From: a virus | Length of the DNA: 47,136 nucleotides | Virus record (IMG/VR): IMGVR_UViG_3300029108_000006 | Span: 1 to 47,136 of that record | Reading direction: 5' to 3' (one strand) | Part shown: positions 9,690-16,566 of the stretch, one piece after another | Position numbering within the stretch: the first letter of the stretch is position 1 | Layout: each line of letters begins with the position of its first letter | Notes under the pieces: generated by a model | Databases searched by the model: none | Told to the model about the DNA's origin: nothing | Seen by the model: the letters and a program-made list of their open reading frames with translations, nothing else | Position numbers and translations under genes: made by a program

Positions 9690-10058
9690 ATGGCTTACTA
9701 CTACAGCGCGTCTCAACGCGCTTTTTACTGCACGGAGATCGTGTCGGTGGACGTTATGCCTGCCGACAAGGTGGCCGTTACAGACGAAAGCTACAAGGCT
9801 CTGATGGCTGCCCAAAATGCGGGGAAGTTGATTCGACCTGGTGCGGGCGGAGCTCCTGAAGCCGTCGATCAGACGGGCGCTGTCGCAACTGGCATCGTCC
9901 ACGAGCTGACGGCTGCAACTGCTGACAAGCTGGGGCACATCAAGATCGGCAAGAACGTCGACGTTGAGGTTGACGGAACGATTTCTGTCAATCTCTCGAA
10001 GGACATTGGCGATCGAAGGGACCGCGCTCCTGAAAAGCCCGATTACGGCCTGAGTTGA
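9690..10058 (+). CDS. Tail-fibre assembly (Tfa/gpG)-like N-terminus fused to a fibre-like segment, 122 aa
   Basis: The N-terminus MAYYYSASQRAFYCTEI...MPADKVAVTDESYKALMAAQNAGKLI is the usual Tfa opening. The C-terminus carries LGHIKIGKNVDVEVDGTISV and the tag RDRAPEKPDYGLS. Confidence 0.5.
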   Translation: MAYYYSASQRAFYCTEIVSVDVMPADKVAVTDESYKALMAAQNAGKLIRPGAGGAPEAVDQTGAVATGIVHELTAATADKLGHIKIGKNVDVEVDGTISVNLSKDIGDRRDRAPEKPDYGLS

Positions 10059-10071
10059 AGGAGGTGGAAAC

Positions 10072-10437
10072 ATGGCAGCGGTCAAAAATTTCACGCTCGA
10101 TCAAGGCTCCGATAAGACGGTGTCCTTCATCCTGAGCGACAAGAACGGTCCGCTTGACTTGACAGGATATTCAGCCGCCATGCAGTTGCGCAGGTACGCA
10201 TTCAGCGAGGAAGCAATTGACACGCTGACGACGTGTAATGGTCGTCTTCTGCTCGATGAGTCGGCGGGAAAGGTCACAGCGAAATTCAAACATGAAAACA
10301 CAGAAGGGTACCCGGGTGACACGGTGCTGTACGACCTGGAGCTTCAGTCTCCGGACGGCGAAATCACGCGGGTCGTTGAGGGAAAAATCAAGGTCTCCCC
10401 GGAGGTGACTCGTGTTAAATGCGCGCGCAAGGCGTGA
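10072..10437 (+). CDS. Hypothetical beta-rich (Ig-like) tail-associated protein, 121 aa
   Basis: Good RBS (GAAGGAGG). The pattern F.L.QGSDKTVSF.L....GPLDLTGY...MQLR...G.V... is typical of Ig-like phage receptor-binding accessory domains. No specific family recognised. Confidence 0.45.
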   Translation: MAAVKNFTLDQGSDKTVSFILSDKNGPLDLTGYSAAMQLRRYAFSEEAIDTLTTCNGRLLLDESAGKVTAKFKHENTEGYPGDTVLYDLELQSPDGEITRVVEGKIKVSPEVTRVKCARKA

Positions 10438-10651
10438 GCTCGCAATTACTGCGCAAATCACGTCAGAAGAAGAAATTCAAGTAGATGCTCAATGTCAGGA
10501 CATCGTTCCCAAGGTCGTGACCGTTGAGGTTCCCGGCATTCAGGGGCCGCCGGGGAAGGACGGTGCGCCTGGAAAGGACGGAGAGGACGGTCAGGATGGC
10601 ACCTCTTTCGTCGAACGCATCGACAACTCTTTTATTGACAATCTTTTTTAA
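10412..10651 (+). CDS. Small collagen-like (G-X-Y repeat) protein, 79 aa
   Basis: GTG start 6 nt after GGAGG. Contains GIQGPPGKDGAPGKDGEDGQDGTS, eight uninterrupted G-X-Y triplets. Overlaps the upstream gene by 26 nt. Confidence 0.5.
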   Translation: MLNARARRELAITAQITSEEEIQVDAQCQDIVPKVVTVEVPGIQGPPGKDGAPGKDGEDGQDGTSFVERIDNSFIDNLF

Positions 10652-10662
10652 TCGTAAAGGGA

Positions 10663-11529
10663 GTGAGAAAAATGAGTGCTTTGAATGCTTTTTTAGACAA
10701 GCAAGGCTTGACTCATTACGACAGCAAATTGAAGACGGTTGTTGCCGGATCGATGACAATCGAGGGACGCACCATCACCTTGAAGAGCGTTTCAGGCGCA
10801 ACGATTGCTACGGTGACGATGCCGCAGACGATCTATGAGCTTGCAACGGCTCAGAAAGACGGTCTGATGAGCAAAGAAGACTTCGCCAAGTTGCAAGGTA
10901 TCGCGGCTCAGGCGACGAAGGTCGAAAACTCTGAAACGAACGGGAACATCCAGATCAATGACGTGGAGACGCCCGTTTATGTCCATCCGACCGTGACGGC
11001 AGGCGCTCTTGCGTCTGGGCTCTACAAAATCACGACCGACGGCAATGGACACGTTACCCTCGGTACGAAGGTTGTCAAGGGCGACATCACGGCACTCGGT
11101 ATTCCGGCGCAGGACATGACGTATGGCCCGGCCACGGCTGATGCTGCGGGGCTGATGTCTGCTGCCGACTTCACAAAATTGCAAGGAGTCGCTGTGGGAG
11201 CTCAGGTCAACGTACTCGAAAAAGTGAGCGTCAACGGCGGTGCTCTGCCGGTCAGTTCGAAGGGCGTCAATATCGATCTCACGCCGTACGCTCTAAAAAC
11301 GGACATTGCGAGCGCCGTGAACTACAGGGGCTCCGTTGAAAACTATGCAGCTCTGCCGACCGAGGGTGTGAAGGCCGGCGATATGTACAACGTTGAAACC
11401 GCCGACCCTGCGCATCAGATCGACGCAGGGATGAATGTCGTCTGGAATGGCGAGAGTTGGGACGCGATGGCCCCGATGATCACGATGACTGGCATTACGA
11501 ACGAAGAGATCGACGCCCTCTTCGCGTAG
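10663..11529 (+). CDS. Tail fibre-like protein, 288 aa
   Basis: N-terminal MSALNAFLDKQGLTHYDSKLK motif, common at fibre N-termini. Also an internal duplicated motif, A(Q/D)..GLMS..DF.KLQG(I/V)A. RBS GGGAG. Confidence 0.55.
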   Translation: MRKMSALNAFLDKQGLTHYDSKLKTVVAGSMTIEGRTITLKSVSGATIATVTMPQTIYELATAQKDGLMSKEDFAKLQGIAAQATKVENSETNGNIQINDVETPVYVHPTVTAGALASGLYKITTDGNGHVTLGTKVVKGDITALGIPAQDMTYGPATADAAGLMSAADFTKLQGVAVGAQVNVLEKVSVNGGALPVSSKGVNIDLTPYALKTDIASAVNYRGSVENYAALPTEGVKAGDMYNVETADPAHQIDAGMNVVWNGESWDAMAPMITMTGITNEEIDALFA

Positions 11530-11540
11530 GGGGCGTTCCG

Positions 11541-11753
11541 ATGGCTAACTCTTTTCTTGATTTGATAGGGCTGGCTCACTTCAAAGAGAAGCAGAGTCAG
11601 CAAATTAGCAAAGAGTTCGCAAAGAAGTCCGAGGTCGTCACAAAGGCTGATGCCTCGGATTTCGCGAAACACAAGACGTGCAGCGCGATTCGAGATCGAG
11701 CACCGTCAAAGCCGGACTACGGCTTATCAAAAACAAAGGAGGGGGCTAAATAA
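11541..11753 (+). CDS. Small fibre-locus protein, 70 aa, with a C-terminal RDRAPSKPDYGLS tag
   Basis: The internal ATG at 11541 of ORF 11457..11753 was chosen because the upstream part overlaps the previous gene. The N-terminus MANSFLDLIGLAHFKEK parallels the 10663 gene. Its stop overlaps the next start (TAATG). Confidence 0.4.
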   Translation: MANSFLDLIGLAHFKEKQSQQISKEFAKKSEVVTKADASDFAKHKTCSAIRDRAPSKPDYGLSKTKEGAK

Positions 11754-13120
11754 TGGCTCTGAAAGAACAGGACATCGTCTTTACGACGACGGATGAGGCG
11801 GGTAACCCCGTCATTCAGTTTCCGATTACGCGCGTCGAAAATGTCGAAGACGCCGTGCGTACTGTGAACAAGAAGAAGCCTGACAGCAATGGCGACATTC
11901 AGATTGATGTCGACATGAGTCATCTGGCGACAAAAGATGAGCTGACGAAGGGCTTGGCGAATAAGCGAGATCACACGATCCAGATCGCCAACGCGGACTT
12001 GAACACGCTGCTTGAGGACAAAACCTGGGCTTGCAGCGGGACGTTGAAAAACACTCCGATCCCTTGCACTTTCTGCATTGTGCAAGCCTACGACACGGGT
12101 GCTCCTGTCAGCGGGAACATCGTGCAGGTCTGCTACATCCCGAATCAGACGAACAACACGGTTCGAGCTTTCTGGCGCAACTGCCTCAATGGGGCGACCT
12201 TCGGAGCATGGTCGGAATCAGGAGCTGTGAAGACGGTCAATAGCATTGCTCCGGACGATGAGGGGAACGTCAATGTACCGAACGCTACGACGAGTAAGTT
12301 TGGCCTTGTGCGCCTTGCTGCCGAAGAGGACGTTTTGAACGAGGCTCCCCAGACAGCGGTCTGCACTCAGCTGATCTACGAAATCAACGAGTTCCGACGT
12401 AAGTCTACGGCCTATAACGTCGGCGACAAGGTGGACTGCGCCTTCCAGTACGAGCGATTTTTGGAGTGCACGAAGGCTGGGACGACGAGTGCGGACCTGC
12501 TTGATACGCGAAACGTCACGCACGGGCAGGTCATTCAGGACGGGTTGGCTGAGTGGACAGTTCGCACCCATGTTAGAAGTGTAAATGGAGCCGTTGCAGG
12601 CGCTGATGGGAACGTCAATATGATGCTTGCCGTTTACCCAGTCGGCTCGATTTACATGAGTACCAATCCGGCGAATCCAGGTTCTCTGTTCGGAGGTACA
12701 TGGAAGGCTCTTGATGAGGGGCGCGTCCTGATTGGTGCAGGCGCTGCTTACCCTGCCGGTCAGACTGGCGGTAAGGAAACGCATACTCTGACGACTGATG
12801 AGATGCCGTCGCATACGCACAGCGGTAGCACGTCAAGCGCAGGAAGTCACAGACACGACATTTTCGCTAATGACAATAGATTCGGCACTAACTATCCCTT
12901 GCGTAATTATTCGTACGCAGCCGTTAAAGGTAATGCCGATGGCCCCACTGGCGATTCAAACTACAACATTGCCGGTACATCCTCATCTCCATCTCTTGGT
13001 GAAACTTCTTCGAGTGGTAATCATTCGCATACGCTTTCTTTGCAGAGTGCCGGCGGAGGGAAAGCCCACAACAATATGCAGCCGTACTTGTCTGTGTATA
13101 TGTGGACCCGTATCAAGTAA
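11753..13120 (+). CDS. Tail fibre protein with C-terminal tail-collar domain, 455 aa
   Basis: The C-terminus VGSIYMSTNPANPGSLFGGTWKALDEGRVLIGAG...GGKETHTLTTDEMPSHTHSG...GGGKAHNNMQPYLSVYMWTRI is the phage tail-collar signature. Confidence 0.75.
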   Translation: MALKEQDIVFTTTDEAGNPVIQFPITRVENVEDAVRTVNKKKPDSNGDIQIDVDMSHLATKDELTKGLANKRDHTIQIANADLNTLLEDKTWACSGTLKNTPIPCTFCIVQAYDTGAPVSGNIVQVCYIPNQTNNTVRAFWRNCLNGATFGAWSESGAVKTVNSIAPDDEGNVNVPNATTSKFGLVRLAAEEDVLNEAPQTAVCTQLIYEINEFRRKSTAYNVGDKVDCAFQYERFLECTKAGTTSADLLDTRNVTHGQVIQDGLAEWTVRTHVRSVNGAVAGADGNVNMMLAVYPVGSIYMSTNPANPGSLFGGTWKALDEGRVLIGAGAAYPAGQTGGKETHTLTTDEMPSHTHSGSTSSAGSHRHDIFANDNRFGTNYPLRNYSYAAVKGNADGPTGDSNYNIAGTSSSPSLGETSSSGNHSHTLSLQSAGGGKAHNNMQPYLSVYMWTRIK

Positions 13121-13134
13121 GGAGGTAAAAGAAA

Positions 13135-13647
13135 ATGCAAGACTTGGTTTTGATCCAGGATGATGTTGTAATTATTCAAACGAGCAGTTCGATCTACGAA
13201 GACTCGCGCGCGAATTTTGAGACAGACAGCGGACTTAAATTGGAGTGTGAGAGTGCGGACTACAACCGATCGATTGGTTCGTTCTGGCTGAATGGAAAAG
13301 CCTTTCAGAAGATGCCGAGTGCCCTTTTCGAGGCTATTCTGGATAACGTTCAAACATACATCGACGTAAAGGAAAAGCGAGAGGGTGCGGAGCGAGAACG
13401 AGAAGAAGCCAAACGTATCGCAAACATGACGGATGAAGACCATGCCGTTGAGGTTCGTTCTCAGCGAGACCGTCTGATTGCGGAGACCGACTACCTCGCA
13501 ATGCCGGACTATCCGCTCAGCGAGGAAGACCGAGGCATCGTGACGGCCTATCGCCAGGCACTTCGTGATGTGCCGACGCAGGAAGGTTTTCCGCGCGAAG
13601 TGGTGTGGCCAGAGGCTCCCGCTGTGTTCAAGAGAACGAAAGGATAA
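13135..13647 (+). CDS. Tail fibre assembly chaperone, 170 aa
   Basis: The C-terminus RDRLIAETDYLAMPDYPLSEEDRGIVTAYRQALRDVPTQEGFPREVVWPEAP is the conserved tail-assembly-chaperone motif. It directly follows the fibre gene. Confidence 0.7.
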   Translation: MQDLVLIQDDVVIIQTSSSIYEDSRANFETDSGLKLECESADYNRSIGSFWLNGKAFQKMPSALFEAILDNVQTYIDVKEKREGAEREREEAKRIANMTDEDHAVEVRSQRDRLIAETDYLAMPDYPLSEEDRGIVTAYRQALRDVPTQEGFPREVVWPEAPAVFKRTKG

Positions 13648-13649
13648 GC

Positions 13650-13677
13650 AAACGCCCGGATAAACCGCCGGGCGTTT
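13650..13677 (+). terminator. Hairpin closing the tail operon
   Basis: aaacgcccgg-ataaaccg-ccgggcgttt, a 10-bp stem right after the chaperone stop. The T-run is poor. Confidence 0.5.
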
Positions 13678-13834
13678 AGCATATTTGGACTTGGTTAGCG
13701 AGCACAGTAGGTTTTCCCACTGGTCCAAAAATATCAGTTGGTTTGTATTGCGAATTGATTATGGCCAACCATTCTAATATTCAACGTTAAGTGAAAGTAT
13801 TATTTGATGGTTGGCCTTGTGCGCAAGATAAATG

Positions 13835-14806
13835 TCACTTAAAGAGTGCTTGAGGAAGGAATATTACCTTTAATAGGGACATGGCGTTCTTTCTCTTTAC
13901 AACTCCAGGTCTGCACATTCCTTTGAGTATGTATGACAGAAAGAGTTTTTTCATTTGCTTAAAATAATCATTTCTTAAATCATAAGGTGTTTTGTGATAC
14001 AGCCAAACGACGTTTTGAATGCTCCAGTCGACTAGATTTATGTAATGATCGATCATTCCAGTTTTTTGAAAATCTTCTCGTACTTTATCTAGCATGGTAA
14101 AAACATCTTTTGTTTTTGGGTTATGTCCGAAGGTGATTTGTCCGTTGCGACCTAACCGATAATAATGGAGCGGTTCTTTAACAAAAGTTACAACTGGATT
14201 TCTAATCCAGCAACCTAAAATAAAAGGATTGTCCTCGTAAAGAATTCCTTCGATAAATTTTAGGTTATTTCGCGTGATGAAATCTTTTTTATAAAGCTTT
14301 GCCCACACTAATGGCCACATGTTGAACAAAATGGGCAGATAGTCTACGGCGTTAAAGACTTCTTTAGGGAAGATGGGGATGTGTTGGTTGTAGATCGTTT
14401 CGTTGCTATATGACTCGAATATGTCATATCCTACGACATCGGCATTTGTAGATATGGCGCGATTTACGACTGTTCTATAGCAATCTGGGTGCAACCAATC
14501 GTCACTATCTAAAAAGGCAACGTAGAATCCTGTTGCAACTTTTAGCCCTGCATTTCTAGCGCTTGAAAGGCCGCCGTTGTCTTTGTGAATAACTCGTATC
14601 CTGTGATCTAATTCTTTCCATCTCTCGCATATTTCTGGAGACTTATCTTTTGAACCATCGTTAACAAGAATTATTTCAAGATTTTTGTAGGTTTGATTTA
14701 CTACGCTTTTAATGCATTGGTCCAGGTATTCTTGCACCATATATACGGGTATGATTACAGAGACCAAAGGATCGTTTGAGGAACAATGGGTGATATTCTG
14801 AGACAT
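13835..14806 (-). CDS. Family-2 glycosyltransferase (GT-A fold), 323 aa; AT-rich moron
   Basis: VSVIIPVYMVQEYLDQCIKSVVNQTYKNLEIILVNDGSKD...GGLSSARNAGLKVATGFYVAFLDSDDW shows the GT2 N-terminal nucleotide-binding region and the DxD motif. It is on the opposite strand to its neighbours and is visibly AT-rich. Confidence 0.85.
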   Translation of the reverse strand: MSQNITHCSSNDPLVSVIIPVYMVQEYLDQCIKSVVNQTYKNLEIILVNDGSKDKSPEICERWKELDHRIRVIHKDNGGLSSARNAGLKVATGFYVAFLDSDDWLHPDCYRTVVNRAISTNADVVGYDIFESYSNETIYNQHIPIFPKEVFNAVDYLPILFNMWPLVWAKLYKKDFITRNNLKFIEGILYEDNPFILGCWIRNPVVTFVKEPLHYYRLGRNGQITFGHNPKTKDVFTMLDKVREDFQKTGMIDHYINLVDWSIQNVVWLYHKTPYDLRNDYFKQMKKLFLSYILKGMCRPGVVKRKNAMSLLKVIFLPQALFK

Positions 14807-14882
14807 ATTTAATATAGATGCAAAAAAGGCTCACGGCTTCAGAATCAGCTATGAGCAGAGGACGTACACGTAACTGTATCAC

Positions 14883-14903
14883 ACCGCCTTCTGGCGGTTT
14901 TTT
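14883..14903 (+). terminator. Rho-independent terminator-like hairpin
   Basis: accgcc-ttct-ggcggt followed by tttttt. It ends 3 nt before the ATG at 14907. Confidence 0.55.
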
Positions 14904-14906
14904 CAT

Positions 14907-15164
14907 ATGTGGGATTTGATTGTCAAGGCGCTGAAAGATGCGCTGAAGGAAAAGGTGACTGAAATGACGAAAGAAGAAGTGAAGGAATGGCTCGACAAGC
15001 TCGGCGTCAAGGTCGAGGAAGTGACGGACGAGCTCATCGCCAAGGTGGAAGCCCAGAAGGCTCTGCTCGATGCGGAGACGCGCCGGAAGACTCGACTCTT
15101 CTGGGGACCGGTTGGTTTTTTGGTTGGCGCGGTCGCCGGCTATGTCTGCGCGGCCTTTTTCTGA
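14907..15164 (+). CDS. Tail-anchored small membrane protein (charged helical N-terminus, C-terminal TM), 85 aa
   Basis: An ORF with the local codon style. Its C-terminus LFWGPVGFLVGAVAGYVCAAFF is a TM segment. It lies upstream of the holin, so it may be a lysis regulator. The RBS is weak. Confidence 0.5.
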   Translation: MWDLIVKALKDALKEKVTEMTKEEVKEWLDKLGVKVEEVTDELIAKVEAQKALLDAETRRKTRLFWGPVGFLVGAVAGYVCAAFF

Positions 15165-15200
15165 GAACTGTGGGGTTTGCGTCCATAGACCAATATCAAC

Positions 15201-15232
15201 TCCCTCGAGGATATTCCTCGGGGGATTTTTTT
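15201..15232 (+). terminator. Rho-independent terminator
   Basis: tccctcgagg-atatt-cctcggggga (one bulge) followed by ttttttt. Confidence 0.65.
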
Positions 15233-15243
15233 ATGAGGAGAAG

Positions 15244-15561
15244 ATGCCAGAGAAAGAAGTGATAACGGAGACCCAGGCGCTTGCCGCGTCTGGGGGCTTC
15301 GCCGCCCTATGCGGTTGGCTGAACTATCTGCTCCTGATTGAGGAAGGGCGGGAGTTCTCGTGGGGAGGGATGTTCTTGCACTGCGCGATCAGTGCGGTGT
15401 GCGGTCTGATCTCTTACGAAATCTTGGCTTACGAAGGCTTCCCGCCGGGGTTTTGCGGAGCGCTGTCAGGCTTGGCAGGTTGGGGCGGCACACGAGTCTT
15501 GAGGCTGATAGAGATTGTCGCGACAAAGAGGGCGGGGATTAAAAAGGAGGATTTGGAATGA
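15244..15561 (+). CDS. Holin (three predicted TM segments), 105 aa
   Basis: ATG at 15244 after GAGGAG. Three hydrophobic stretches and a charged C-terminus. Its stop overlaps the endolysin start (ATGA). The upstream part of ORF 15070..15561 crosses the terminator and was rejected. Confidence 0.65.
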   Translation: MPEKEVITETQALAASGGFAALCGWLNYLLLIEEGREFSWGGMFLHCAISAVCGLISYEILAYEGFPPGFCGALSGLAGWGGTRVLRLIEIVATKRAGIKKEDLE

Positions 15562-16022
15562 AGAACTTTTCTGAGTACCAGGCTGAGTCCGCGATGGACT
15601 TCATTGAGGCGTGGGAAGGGTGTCGCTTGCAGGCGTACAAGTGTCCTGCTGGCGTTTGGACGATCGGCGTGGGGCACACGAAGGGTGTGACGGAGCACGA
15701 CGAGATCACGTATGAGCAGTCGAGGGAGCTACTTCGAAAGGACATCGAGGAGGTCAAGCGCGGGCTCGCGCCGTTCGTCAACATTCACGTGACGGAGGGG
15801 CAGTTCATTGCGCTGGTGAGCCTCGCTTTCAACGTAGGCGTCTCTTATGTCGTGCACAAGTGCCCGAAGCTTATGCAGGCGCTCAATGCGGGCGATGTCG
15901 AGGCCTGCGCTCATGACTTCTTGGACATTGATTCTGCGAACGGCGTGAAGCTTCCTGGCTTGACACGCAGGCGTCAGTCAGAAGCCAGGCTTTTCTTAGG
16001 CGAGGGTGTCCCGGCGATATAA
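15558..16022 (+). CDS. Endolysin, GH24 lysozyme, 154 aa
   Basis: FIEAWEGCRLQAYKCPAGVWTIGVGHT is the catalytic Glu region of T4/P21-type lysozymes. There is no N-terminal signal-anchor. Confidence 0.85.
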   Translation: MKNFSEYQAESAMDFIEAWEGCRLQAYKCPAGVWTIGVGHTKGVTEHDEITYEQSRELLRKDIEEVKRGLAPFVNIHVTEGQFIALVSLAFNVGVSYVVHKCPKLMQALNAGDVEACAHDFLDIDSANGVKLPGLTRRRQSEARLFLGEGVPAI

Positions 16023-16046
16023 GGTGCACTAGTAGAGAAAAAGGAA

Positions 16047-16077
16047 AAGCCGGTCAGTTGTGGCGACTGATCGGCTT
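16047..16077 (+). terminator. Hairpin A of a near-duplicate pair
   Basis: aagccggtcag-ttgtggcga-ctgatcggctt, an 11-bp stem with one G-U pair. A short T-run lies 6 nt downstream. Confidence 0.4.
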
Positions 16078-16127
16078 CGAGCGTTTTCTGGGTTGCATAC
16101 AGAGAACTATGGAACAAAGGAAATTAT

Positions 16128-16277
16128 ATGACGATTGAAGAGCAGGTTATGGAAGTGAGAGAAAAGCAGGCGTTTTGGCAAGGCGTTGTGAGGGGCGTAA
16201 TCGGATCTGCGGTGTTTTTTGCAGGGTTGGTAACCCTGATCTACTACATCGTTCAAATCGTGGACGCGCTGAAATGA
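16128..16277 (+). CDS. 49-aa single-TM protein (below the ORF-track cutoff)
   Basis: Hand translation: MTIEEQVMEVREKQAFWQGVVRGVIGSAVFFAGLVTLIYYIVQIVDALK. AAAGGA lies 6-7 nt upstream. It sits between the endolysin and the spanins, which is the P2 lysA-like position. Confidence 0.4.
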   Translation: MTIEEQVMEVREKQAFWQGVVRGVIGSAVFFAGLVTLIYYIVQIVDALK

Positions 16278-16290
16278 GCGTAATAAAGGC

Positions 16291-16322
16291 AAAGCCGCTC
16301 AGTTGTGGGGCTGAGCGGCTTT
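16291..16322 (+). terminator. Hairpin B of the near-duplicate pair
   Basis: aaagccgctcag-ttgtgggg-ctgagcggcttt, a 12-bp perfect stem. It shares its arm and loop sequence with hairpin A. Confidence 0.45.
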
Positions 16323-16377
16323 GGGTGTCTTCTGTTGGCACAGATAGAGACTTGATGATTGTGTGTAGGAACCATCG

Positions 16378-16566
16378 ATGTACAGTTTATCAGATCTAGT
16401 ACAGGCGTTGAAGATGGCTGAAGAGTTATCGTTTTGGGCTGGGTTGCCTCTCTACGGAATTGGATACGGAGTAGCAATCTGGGTTTTGTCTTGGGGGCTT
16501 GGAAAGCTTCGAGAAGTTCTTGCCTCTTGGATTGAGTCGATCAAGGGATGGAGGGGCGATGAATAG
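16378..16566 (+). CDS. Small membrane protein, 62 aa
   Basis: TM segment LPLYGIGYGVAIWVLSWGLG. The 3' end overlaps the i-spanin start. The start codon is uncertain (16378 or 16414). Confidence 0.45.
   Translation: MYSLSDLVQALKMAEELSFWAGLPLYGIGYGVAIWVLSWGLGKLREVLASWIESIKGWRGDE

Noticed and set aside
7742-13647. Diversity-generating retroelement or invertible (Gin/Cin-type) fibre switch
   Set aside because: There is no reverse transcriptase or serine invertase anywhere in the window. There is no DNA-level template/variable repeat pair, and all fibre genes are on one strand.
13835-14806. Classical gtrABC O-antigen conversion cassette
   Set aside because: Only a single cytoplasmic-type GT2 is present. 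No GtrA flippase-like or GtrB bactoprenol glucosyltransferase genes flank it.
16107-16341. Minus-strand ORFs of 61 and 64 aa between the endolysin and the spanin
   Set aside because: They run through both hairpins, have no RBS and show odd composition. The plus-strand 49-aa TM ORF fits the context better.
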